In this document: positions 1-10,049 of the stretch, piece by piece
Numbering within the stretch: position 1 is the first letter of the stretch
Layout: the number at the start of each line of letters is the position of its first letter
DNA from: Octopus bimaculoides
Taxonomy: Eukaryota
Assembly: GCF_001194135.2 (NCBI RefSeq)
Contig: NC_068986.1
Coordinates: forward strand, 113,473,630 to 113,505,978
Direction of reading: 5' to 3'
Length of the DNA: 32,349 nt
Translations under genes and position numbers: made by a program
The notes under the pieces: generated by a model
The model's input: only the letters and a program-made list of their open reading frames with translations
Told to the model about the DNA's origin: nothing
The model's database searches: none

Positions 1-254
1 AGCCACATAGAGAACATTTTCCTTCATCAGCTACCCCCGTTTTAACACCGGCGTTTCATATATATATATATATATATTATCCTCCATTTTCTAATTGTTA
101 CACAAATTTTGGGTAAAACCTCCACTTTTACCCGCTCCCATTGATTGCACCTAGTATAGCACTAGTGTAGCAATAATTGGGTACCCTCCCAGCAGTATAC
201 TGGATAGATACTATCCCTTAGTGGGTTGTACCCCCAACCCCTAACTCTCTCACG

Positions 255-255
<1 letters not shown>

Positions 256-293
<38 letters not shown>

Positions 294-330
294 TTTATGT
301 ATCTATGTATGTATGTATGTATGTATATAT
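256..330. repeat. (TA)n then (TATG)n microsatellites
   Basis: Read directly from the sequence. Confidence 0.95.
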
Positions 331-483
331 GTATATGCACAAACATATATTTACATGCATACATGTGTGTTTGTACTTGTGAGTGTGTTTGTAATCGTAT
401 AACAGTATGTATTCACACCTGAGTAACTGACTCACCTCCGCCAACATTTATGTTTTCCTTCGACTCTTTCACACAGACGCATA

Positions 484-486
<3 letters not shown>

Positions 487-544
<58 letters not shown>
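487..544. repeat. Compound (CT)n(CA)n microsatellite
   Basis: Read directly; explains ORFs 432..614 and 450..659. Confidence 0.95.
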
Positions 545-545
<1 letters not shown>

Positions 546-829
546 TTTCTCTTTCTCGTTGCTTATTTCTCGATCCATCTCTTTCTCTCTATCTTCTCTC
601 TTTGTCCCTTTCAACCTCTCCCATTCCAGTTATATAACCTATTTCACACAATTCATTAAGAGAACAAGATTAAATCCTCAGTAAGTCACCACTCTGGACA
701 AGAGGAGAAAAACAAAAACGAAATCCGACTCACTTTTACAGCTTTAATATGTCTGATTCACCCATCTCAAAAGTCATACAAAAAAAAACAAGCAAATATA
801 TTCAACGTTCCTTTTATTTACTTTCTTTA

Positions 830-1514
830 ACAACTAACATTTTCTCTTCCTCTCTTTTTCTCTCTCTCTCATTTTTTCTTTCTTTTTCGTCTCTCTCTCC
901 CTCCATGTTCTCTCTTTCTCCTTCCCACCCCCTTTTCCCTTCTACTACTTCTTCTTTATCTTTTTAATTCTCGACTATTTTTATCATTCATTTTCATTCT
1001 CTTCTCATTCTTTCTGGTATCTATTTCTTCCTAAATACTCTATTTTTCTCTTATTTCTTTCAATCCCTAATTCCTTCAGTCTCTCTCATCGTATACAATT
1101 CTACTTCTTCACCCCTTTCACTGCGTGTTTATCTTATTTTCTTTCTTTATTTATTTATTGCTTTATCTATTTCTTTTCAATATTTTCCTTCTATTCGCTC
1201 TTGTTTCTTCATCCCACCACCCATCCTGATTTTCTATAGAATTTCTTTATAATTCCAATTTTTTCCCTCGATCTTCCATTCTTCGGCCATTCTTTCTCTC
1301 CTGTATTTCACTCTCCCCCCCTTCTTCTCTTATTTTCCTTTTCTATTCTTTCCTTCATTATTTTCATTTGGCCTTATTCTTTTCCTTCCATTGTTCTTGT
1401 GTTATTTCTTTCATGTTATTCTATTTCCATCATTTTCAATTCCATCCTTTATATGTTCATTGCATTCTTTCAATCAATATCTTTCTTTTACTCATTCGTC
1501 TCTTTTCCTTTCAT

Positions 1515-1589
<75 letters not shown>

Positions 1590-1790
1590 TCGCTCTCTCT
1601 CTCCCCACTCTCTCTTTCTTTCTTTCTTTCTCAGTTACCTTCAACTTAGAACTCATCTGTCTCAACTGATTCCTTCTTTTCGATCTTTTTCTCTTTCGCT
1701 CTCTTCATCTCTTATTTTCCATCTTTCTTTCTCCTCTTTTTTTCATCTCCCATCGCCACTCCTTACATTTCTGATTTCTTTCGCAAAAAT
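830..1790 (+). repeat. Long pyrimidine-rich low-complexity tract including (CT)n at about 1521-1600
   Basis: Plus strand is almost devoid of G for about 1 kb; explains the L/S/F-rich ORFs at 749-1800. Confidence 0.9.
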
Positions 1791-2362
1791 AAATACATGA
1801 AACATAATCAAATAAAAACAACAACCAGTAAAGAAAAAAAAAACTACCAGAATTTAATTAATAGTGACAAAGAAGACTCTTATAAATCACGGAGTAAATC
1901 AGCCGCGAGGTGGCACCGGAGTATTCCTAGTGTCTTCATTCCCATCATGCTTTGCGAATGTTAATTCAATTTTAAAGCGGCCTTTCGTTTTTCTTCCAAA
2001 TGTTGTTAGCATTTTTTGAACTCTTCTATTTGTCTTGTTGCTGCTGTTGTTGTTGTTGTGGTCGTTCTTGCAGATATTGTTGATTTGATTGTTGCTGTTA
2101 CTGCTGCTGGTGCCGCTGTTGCTATTGTTGGTCATGTTGTTGTTCTTGTTGTTGTATTGCTCTAGTGATCCTGTTCCGGCGATATCTTCTTCAGTTGCTT
2201 TTCTTGCAGATGTGTAGATTCATTCTCGTCTGCGCTCTCTGATGTTTAATTGTGGGCGTCGATATATCGTACACATTCATTTTTGTCTTACAATAGTTTA
2301 TACTTCAATATATGTAGATATCTCTATCAGTCTTTCTCTCTCTGTATACATAAATACATGCA

Positions 2363-2363
2363 A

Positions 2364-2395
<32 letters not shown>

Positions 2396-2472
2396 GTGTG
2401 TGTGTGTGTATGTGTGTGTGTGTGTGTGTGTAAGCTTATATGTGTGTGTGTGTGTGTGTGTACCTATATATA
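2363..2472. repeat. Compound (CA)/(TA)/(TG) microsatellite
   Basis: Read directly. Confidence 0.95.
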
Positions 2473-2479
2473 TATGAGG

Positions 2480-3170
2480 AGAAATCACAAAATAAACAAA
2501 AGCCGCAGACAGGTGGTGTAGACAACAAACAGTTGTATTAGTATAACCCTCGGGAATTGAAAAGGCTTTTAATGTTTCGAGCCTACGCTCTTCCACAGAA
2601 AGGAACACAGAAAGAAACAAGGAGAGAAAATAAAGAATGTGTGTAGTGGTTAGCGATCTATGTGACTATTATTCTTTCATTCTTTCCTTCTTTCTATCAG
2701 CCCCTTCACACTTGCTTCGTTCATTCTACTCTTCGTTCTTTCGTTCCCCCTACCTCACTTTTACTGGCCTTCTTTTCATGCTTACTTTCCCTCCTCTTTC
2801 ACTTCACTCTCACCCTTTTATCTTTTCTTGCTCCTCCTTAATTCTTCTATCCCTCTCCCTCTACCTCCCCACGTGACCGGTGTTCGGCCAAGCCTGACCT
2901 TTATTTCTTGGTTTGACTACCATCCATGCAACATCTATACTCCTCCCTGTACCAGCCAAATGTTATATTTCTGTCGTAAGGCTTTACTTCCACACACGCC
3001 AGCTAAATTTCATTCGTCCTTAGTCGAAAGACACCTGTTTTTATGCCCGTTATTTGCATTTGCATTTGTTTAAAAATGTCTCGGTTTTCATTTCGTCCTT
3101 TTTTGCCGTGTACATTCGCTGCTTTCTTTCCTAACTGTCTGGATGTTTTGCATTATTGTCCCATTTTATA
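2480..3170 (-). mobile_element. Possible Penelope-like element 3' end/pLTR remnant
   Basis: Degenerate hammerhead-like motif on minus at 2598-2574 (CTGTGGAA-GAGC-GTAG-GCTC-GAAAC), downstream of a decayed minus-strand coding-like segment (…GVFRLRTNEI*). The protein similarity is weak. Confidence 0.35.
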
Positions 3171-3181
3171 TATATATATAT

Positions 3182-3816
3182 NNNNNNNNNNNNNNNNNNN
3201 NNNNNNNNNNNNNNNNNNNNNNNNNNNNNNNNNNNNNNNNNNNNNNNNNNNNNNNNNNNNNNNNNNNNNNNNNNNNNNNNNNNNNNNNNNNNNNNNNNNN
3301 NNNNNNNNNNNNNNNNNNNNNNNNNNNNNNNNNNNNNNNNNNNNNNNNNNNNNNNNNNNNNNNNNNNNNNNNNNNNNNNNNNNNNNNNNNNNNNNNNNNN
3401 NNNNNNNNNNNNNNNNNNNNNNNNNNNNNNNNNNNNNNNNNNNNNNNNNNNNNNNNNNNNNNNNNNNNNNNNNNNNNNNNNNNNNNNNNNNNNNNNNNNN
3501 NNNNNNNNNNNNNNNNNNNNNNNNNNNNNNNNNNNNNNNNNNNNNNNNNNNNNNNNNNNNNNNNNNNNNNNNNNNNNNNNNNNNNNNNNNNNNNNNNNNN
3601 NNNNNNNNNNNNNNNNNNNNNNNNNNNNNNNNNNNNNNNNNNNNNNNNNNNNNNNNNNNNNNNNNNNNNNNNNNNNNNNNNNNNNNNNNNNNNNNNNNNN
3701 NNNNNNNNNNNNNNNNNNNNNNNNNNNNNNNNNNNNNNNNNNNNNNNNNNNNNNNNNNNNNNNNNNNNNNNNNNNNNNNNNNNNNNNNNNNNNNNNNNNN
3801 NNNNNNNNNNNNNNNN
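3182..3816. other. Assembly gap (N run)
   Basis: Continuous N run preceded by a (TA)n tract. Confidence 0.99.
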
Positions 3817-4054
3817 CAATCCACAGAGACTTAATATAGTTCTGAGGGGAATTCAGGGGACACAGAGTGTGGCAAGGCTGGCCCTTTGAAATACAGGCAC
3901 GACAGAAACAGGAAGAAAGAGTGAGAGAAAATTGTGCTGAAAGAGTACAGAGAGGTTTGCTACCACCCCCTGCCTGAGCCTCGGTCGGGGGAATCGAAAC
4001 CGCGATCCTACGACCACGAGTCCACTGCCCTAACCACTGGGCAATTGCGCCTCC
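3817..4054 (-). mobile_element. tRNA-derived SINE (Octopus-type), 3' part lost in the gap
   Basis: Minus strand reads GGAGGCGCAATTGCCCAGTGGTTAGGGCAGTGGACTCGTGGTCGTAGGATCGCGGTTTCGATTCCC, giving an A box and a B box (GGTTTCGATTCC). The body (…GTACTCTTTCAGCACAA…CAAAGGGCCAGCCTTGCCACACTCTGTG) matches a recalled abundant Octopus SINE. Confidence 0.8.
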
Positions 4055-4460
4055 ATATATATATATGCGTGTGTGCGTGTGTGTGTGTATGTGTGTGTGT
4101 GTGTGCGTGTGTGTGTGCGCGTGTGTGTGCATATGCGTTTCATATTTTATTCTAGTAGGACTCTTGCATATATTTTGTGACCATTTCGGCGGGGGGTGGG
4201 TATCCTTCGTCAAAATATTATGCACTAACGCTTAGGAATTACCACCGCCTCCTCCTGAATGACACCATAGCAATGTTGCTGCATTGTTATAAATTGCTTT
4301 GAAGTAGCTTACAAAAGATGATAGTTGTACTAGCACAGTTGGGTAACATTATTATAACCAAATTAAAATTTATTCAATGATTCATTATTGTTTATTTTTT
4401 TCCGGTTTATTTGACTTAGCTGTGTTCTCACTCTCTGCTGAATTTTGTCTGCATTTTTCT

Positions 4461-4766
4461 TGTTGTGATGAGAGTTAAGGCGCCCCCTTGCGAGAAATAA
4501 ACTGGACCGAGCGATTATTAGCAGTAGCGGTCGAAAGAGTTTGTGTGCTAGTTCGAGTTGCGTTCTCAATGAAGTCGAAGGGTTTCTGTTGGTTAGTTCG
4601 TCTGGAATATTAACTGTTGGTTCATGAAGAGATTGTTGGGTGGTTATGTTGTTATTACGGCTGCATCGTTATCTTGTTTACTGTTACAACACTGGTACAG
4701 TGTATCTAAGCCATCCATCACAATATCGTGGTGGTACCACAGCATTTGGAAACGGAGGATACAACA
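4461..4766 (+). repeat. 5' LTR
   Basis: TGTTGTGAT…GGATACAACA; colinear with 6042-6357. Confidence 0.8.
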
Positions 4767-4830
4767 TCTATCGACAAGGGTTTCGAAGCTCATGTAGGTT
4801 ATTTAACAATGTGTTCGTGATACGTATTAA

Positions 4831-5960
4831 ATGATGGAAGACCTATTGGCTTCCATAGTACAGTTGCAAAAGCAACAACAAGAACAGCAACAAGAGTTGC
4901 AGGAGCAAGTAGTAAAGCAACAACTGCAACAACAACACATATTGGTGCTATACGCTAAGAATTCCGAAAATGCGCTGAGTTCGTTTTCGCCAGACAACGT
5001 ATTGAACTTCGTAACAATCCAGTTATAACCCAGATGAGGGTATAACTTTTGCAGCGCACTACACAAGCTACGAGGAGATTTTTAAGGTAGATTGCAAGAC
5101 ATGGTCATACGAAGAATACATATTGCTATTATAACGTCGATTATCTGCGTCTGAGCATGGATGATACTGTAATTTTATAAGGCCCAAAAAGTCTAGCAAA
5201 ATTTGTTTTCAGGAAACAATCGAATTACTAACATGTTCGGTAATAAAACTTCTCTATTTAACACTTGAATGGAGTGTTGGAATTTAACTAAAAAAGAGGA
5301 TGATTACGTATGCAGGAATAGTCAACAGAATGTGTGAGAGTTTTAAACTTAAAGAACTTACTTCTGAGATGTTTAACTGCCTCATTTTTGTACAAGGCCT
5401 TACGGTAAATGAAGATACAAAAAACATGGACAAGAATTCTTTCAAAACTTGAACAAACGAACCAAATTTTAATCTTGCAGACTGTTTCAGAAGAGCGTCA
5501 AAGGATTGTGTTCCTAAAACACGATGTAAGAAAAATTCAAGAAAAGATCCGCAAAAATACAGATATGTCGACAGAGAAAGTATGACTAAGGCAGATTCAT
5601 AGGTCCTATTCCATGATACGTATGTGAAAGCCTACATTTCAGAAAAGATTGTCCTTTTAAAAATCAAAAATCTTATACTTGTCAAAAATTTGGCTGCAAG
5701 AGTGTACACTGCGGAACAAAATCACGAAGGACAAATATTAATAATTCTAAAGAGCTTTCAGCACATGGAAGACAATAGGGAAACCTATGTTAATGAAAAC
5801 TGCGAAAACTAGACGGGGCATGACTGCTGACAAACTAAACTTTGTACACGAAATGTGGAATGATGTCACATTTCGGGGAAAAACTTATAAGGCAAAAGTT
5901 TTCGTTGTAAAGAACGCAACCAATCTCTTTGGTACCGACTGGAAAAGATATAAATTTTTC
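4831..5960 (+). pseudogene. Decayed gag-protease of the LTR element (multiple stops and frameshifts)
   Basis: ORF 4831..5028 (polyQ N-terminus) continues after frameshifts into gag, Zn-knuckle and protease motifs; the catalytic D(T/S)G segment is absent. Confidence 0.8.
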
Positions 5961-6041
5961 TTTTAAATAGGGAAGAAGAGGTGCTGGAAAAAATAAAATA
6001 AATTTCACTTCTTACGAAAATCTAAATCTCAAATGGGGATT

Positions 6042-6357
6042 TGTTGTGATAATAGTCACGACGCCTTTTCTGAGAAATAGACTCGGCCGAGCGATTATAA
6101 ATAGAATCGATTGGCGTGAAGTGTGTGTCTTACTTAGTTCGTTTTGAGTTCACAGTGAAGTCCAAAGGTTTCGGTTGGTTAGTTCGTTAAGGAGTATTGA
6201 TTGTTAGATTGTTTCGTTATTACAGCTGCATGGTTATCTTGTCTACTGTTACAACACCCGGTACAGTGTATCGAAACCATTAGTCACAATATCGTGACGA
6301 TACCACGACATTTGGAGACGGACGATACCACGACATTTGGAGGTGGACGATACAACA
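6042..6357 (+). repeat. 3' LTR with an internal 25-bp tandem duplication (6299-6348)
   Basis: TGTTGTGAT…CGATACAACA; contains GATACCACGACATTTGGAGACGGAC followed by GATACCACGACATTTGGAGGTGGAC. Confidence 0.8.
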
Positions 6358-7480
6358 CTTCTATTAATACTTTTTCCCATCTGAATTTTTTTATTATTTC
6401 CTTTTCACTTTATCTTTGTGAAATTCTATATTATAAGCTTGTGTAGTGAATAAATGCTTTCGCATCTACTTTATTTTCTGTGATGACATAGTTACTTATT
6501 GTAAGTACATGTTCAACCAATGAAGTTGTGCTCTATTCGTGCTATCAGTGTAACCCTTTGAATCATGGAAATATATCTTTTATATTTTATATTTGTTATT
6601 TTTACATCATATTGCTTGTGTGGATTCACTACTGTGTTATGCGTGTCTATATACGGTGAAAGAGTCTCTTCCGTCCGATGTTTTTGTTGAATAATCTGTG
6701 ATGTGTTTTTATGTGATAGGAGTTATATTCGTTTTATGAGTTTTAAACGAGTACGAGCATATATGCATTCAGTAACAAAAGGCATTTGGTTCCTTGCTCC
6801 CAGTAAAATACTCTCTAAGAGATGTTGTTAAGTCTCATACGCTGCGACATCGTCTGCATTTCTGAATTTACACATAGACTGCACAACACTGCATTAAAAA
6901 CATTTCATGCATCTAAGTGGCACACTGAAAATTATAAACACTCTTTCGCAGATTAAATCCTCAAAAACTTTCCGGATATTTATAATCCATATGACTGCTA
7001 CTAAGACTATCTCTGGTATTATAGGCAATATTTGTCCCGGAAAAAAAAAGCAGCCGATTAGAGATGTTTCTGCATTTGTTCCATTCACACCTCTCGTATA
7101 TATGTTTATATAATTGGATGAGATTATCGCCTGAAAACTGCTCCGTTACACAAGATTTCACCCGCAGTGATGTCAACAGTCCCCACGGTTTACAAGCAAA
7201 GCCAACTCTTATTACATTTAAAAATTGTCGGCTGCAATGTTATTATCTCCAGAGACTTAGCATTTATAATTTGTTTTATGGTTGATTTTACATCTGTTAA
7301 GACTGCAATGGAAGCAAGAGAATTTGGTGCTCGACAGAATAATTCATTGTTCGTTTGCTCATCAACTTGTTTGAAACAACATTGTAATGTTCCTTTCATC
7401 CTAACCTTTCAAATCATGCTTTGGCAGTAAATAAATTTCTCCCAGATAAAAGCATATTATCACCTTCGCATTTCATTTCA
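6358..7480 (-). mobile_element. Very old LINE ORF2 (APE endonuclease-like) remnant, possibly continuing at 4200-4460 beyond the LTR insertion
   Basis: Ordered but degenerate motif echoes on minus: LEIITLQPT (about DII.LQET), INIY, *GFN (about GDFN), RMR…FYW (about WR…FTW). By-eye only. Confidence 0.3.
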
Positions 7481-7498
7481 TATATATATATATATATA

Positions 7499-7629
7499 NN
7501 NNNNNNNNNNNNNNNNNNNNNNNNNNNNNNNNNNNNNNNNNNNNNNNNNNNNNNNNNNNNNNNNNNNNNNNNNNNNNNNNNNNNNNNNNNNNNNNNNNNN
7601 NNNNNNNNNNNNNNNNNNNNNNNNNNNNN
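7499..7629. other. Assembly gap (N run)
   Basis: Continuous N run with (TA)n tracts on both sides. Confidence 0.99.
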
Positions 7630-7643
7630 AAACAACCTTGCCA

Positions 7644-7680
<37 letters not shown>

Positions 7681-7787
7681 ACTAATGAAAATATGACAAC
7701 AAAAGAATGAATGAGACCTCGATATTATGTAAAATAGAGGAATTTATCTATAAATATAATATGTGACAATTAGTTGGTTGTCATAAT

Positions 7788-7846
7788 AATAAAACTCAGT
7801 TTCGGATGCCGGGGCTGAAGTCTGCTCCGGCATCTCATCAGTTATT
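7788..7846 (-). ncRNA. Type I hammerhead ribozyme motif (Penelope-type minimal, palindromic stem III)
   Basis: AAUAA-CUGAUGA-GAUGCCGG…CCGGCAUC-C-GAAA-CU-G-AG-U-U-UUAUU. Stem I is 5 bp, stem II is 8 perfect bp, the core is intact, there is one extra C before G12, and the triplet is GUU. Confidence 0.65.
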
Positions 7847-7880
7847 CAGACAAACAAAAACGTTCTCTTTTTCTTTATCT

Positions 7881-7943
7881 TAATAACTGATGAGATGCCG
7901 GAGCAGACTTCAGTCCCAGCATCCGAAGCTCTGAGATTTATTA
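7881..7943 (+). ncRNA. Hammerhead motif copy with mutated core (probably inactive)
   Basis: UAAUAA-CUGAUGA-GAUGCCGG…CCAGCAUC-C-GAAG-CUC-U-GAG-A-U-UUAUUA; the A15.1-U16.1 pair is changed to G/A. Confidence 0.5.
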
Positions 7944-8272
7944 TGACAACCACATAACTGTCACGTATAATAGATATATATATATATACATATACAGAGA
8001 GTGGGAGAGAAAAATGAAGAACGAAAGGAAAGAAGGAAGGAAAGAAGGAAGGAAAGGTGGACTGCGTTTGTCTTGATATGAGTTTAAAGCAATCAGTCCT
8101 ATACCTGCCCTCTTCAAAAGCTTAAATCACCATTTGGGGCCTTTTATATATATACAGGTGCGTGAGTGCGTGCGTGTGTGTGTGTGTGTGTCTGTGTGCG
8201 TGTGTGGTAGTGAGTGCGTGGCATTTTTTAATCATTTCTATAGATGAATCATATATTTAAATAAACATTTAC

Positions 8273-8432
8273 CTGGAGAAACTAATCAGAATGACAATAG
8301 TTACTAATGAATGAATCAGTATAATGAATAGAGTGAAATCCGATACTGAGCAACATGTTTCGTCGATAGAAAAACAAAAATTCCAGAGACGTAGGCCCAC
8401 TTGGACGGAGTTTCGTCCTCTAACCCTGTAAC
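8273..8432 (-). CDS. Candidate internal exon, product unknown (hydrophobic C-terminal half)
   Basis: Acceptor TTTCAATGCAG| (alternative GTTACAG| 7 nt inside) and donor CAG|GTAAAT. One open frame: YRVRGRNSVQVGLRLWNFCFSIDETCCSVSDFTLFIILIHSLVTIVILISFS. No family recognised. Confidence 0.2.
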
Positions 8433-10049
8433 CTGCATTGAAACATCGGAAGCAGCTCCACTGATCGATGCTTCACATATACATTTCAGGACAAATACCC
8501 ATGTAATAAGCCTATTAACTCTATACATGCATTAAGTATAACATATAGATACCTATATGTGTATATGCATGTATATTCTATGTTTATGTGTGTGAGTATG
8601 TGTGTACGTGAACGTATGTGTGTGTATACATCTATTCAAGCAGATGCACACAAAGTAATACACACACAAACATACACATGCGTATACAAGTATTTTGCGT
8701 TGTGCAGCGACGTATGAGAATATTTATATAAATATCAATATCGGAGACGACTCACGCAAAACCTCTCTCTCACTCTTTTTTGCTCTGCTTCTCTCTTTCT
8801 ATCTCTGTCTCTCTATCTCTCTGTCTCTCTCTATCTCTCTCTCTCTCTCCCTCTCTCTATTTATATTTCCACCTATCTCATATATATATAGAGAGAGAGA
8901 GAGAAAGAAAGTGAGAGAGAGGGAGGAGAGAGAGGAGAAAGATTGATATATATATATATATATATATATATAAGTATATATGTACAGGAGTGTATACTTC
9001 TACACACAGTAACACACAAATGCACACGTACACACACGCGCATACACGCACATACATACATATATATCATATATATACACCACCCCCCCACACACATATA
9101 TATATATATATATATAACACATGTATATATACACACGTACTTATATCTCTATATACACGCATATGTACCGAGAGTTTAAAAAGAAGGTAGATATATTTAA
9201 CCATTTATCACAATGCATTAATCAGAAACCAACTATAAAACAGCTCAACTTAATGATCGCAGATGTAATACAATCTACAACAATTTGACTCTATTTAAAA
9301 CCACAAAATATACGTATATTTATTAAACAAGCAAACGATGGCATCTGTGTATAATTATCTTTAAATGCCGTATCACCAAACGTGTGCACACGCACATGCA
9401 ACCACCCGCGTAACCACACACTTTAACCTACACACACGTACACATACGCACTCATACACACTTAAACGCATATCTTGTTGAGAGTCATGCAAATGTCAGC
9501 AGCGGTGCACTGCTTGCGGGGGCCTTTTAAAATTGTTTAAACACGATCCGTAACGTTTTCGGTTGTTTTGAAGATACTGAAGCAACACTTATATTCTCTC
9601 ACTTTCTCTTCGCCTTCCTTCCCCCCCCCTCCACGCCTCTCTTTGGTTCTAGCTCTTTCCGTCTAACTTTACTTTACTTTGTGAGCGCGCGCGCGTGAGT
9701 GTGTTTATATGAATATACATAGAGGTAGAGAGAGAGTGACATAGATTAGATACGATATACGCAAATGTATGCATATATATATGTGTGTATGTTTGTCTGT
9801 CTGCATACACATATACATACATATGTATATGCATACATACACACATACACACATTTATAAATACATCCATTCGTTATGCTACCAGCTCCAATTATTGAAC
9901 TGCGTTCATGCTGGAGCATCACATTTTACCAACACTCCAACAAACGTTTGCAAATACAAACATACATGGAGTGACGTCTGACAACCCATGTATTTTTATA
10001 TATATTGTGTGTGTGTGTGTGTGGCTTTGTGTATATGAGTATGTTTAAG

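Larger units (their letters stand above)
4461..6357 (+). mobile_element. Gypsy (Mag/K02A2.6-like) LTR retrotransposon, internally deleted
   Basis: Two homologous TG…CA LTRs (4461-4766, 6042-6357), flanks TTTCT/CTTCT, and a purine tract AAATGGGGAT before the 3' LTR. Decayed gag: SYNPDEGITFAAHYTSYEEIFKVDC…TYAGIVNRMCESFKL…FNCLIFVQGL. Zn-knuckle remnants: CESLHFRKDCPFKNQKSYTCQKFGCKSVHC. Protease C-terminal half: TWKTIGKPMLMKT…VKNATNLFGTDW. No RT, RNase H or integrase seen. Confidence 0.85.
7761..7968. repeat. Long inverted repeat (arms about 7761-7846 and 7882-7968, spacer about 35 nt)
   Basis: GCTGAAGTCTGCTCCGGCATCTCATCAGTTATT is near-exactly reverse-complemented by AATAACTGATGAGATGCCGGAGCAGACTTCAGT; homology extends out to GTGACA/TGTCAC. 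Confidence 0.95.

Noticed and set aside
432-2620. ORFs rich in LS, ER, HT or CV repeats (similar ones at 8695-9981, 16345-17818, 21683-22133, 27204-27500)
   Set aside because: They are translations of di- and tetranucleotide microsatellites.
3043-4225. Long ORFs of 217-364 aa
   Set aside because: They consist mostly of X from the N gap.
4831-5028. PolyQ ORF as a host transcription-factor exon
   Set aside because: It lies just inside an LTR and continues into gag motifs.
6299-6348. Direct repeats as a CRISPR-like array
   Set aside because: Only two adjacent units with no spacers, inside a eukaryotic LTR; no cas genes.
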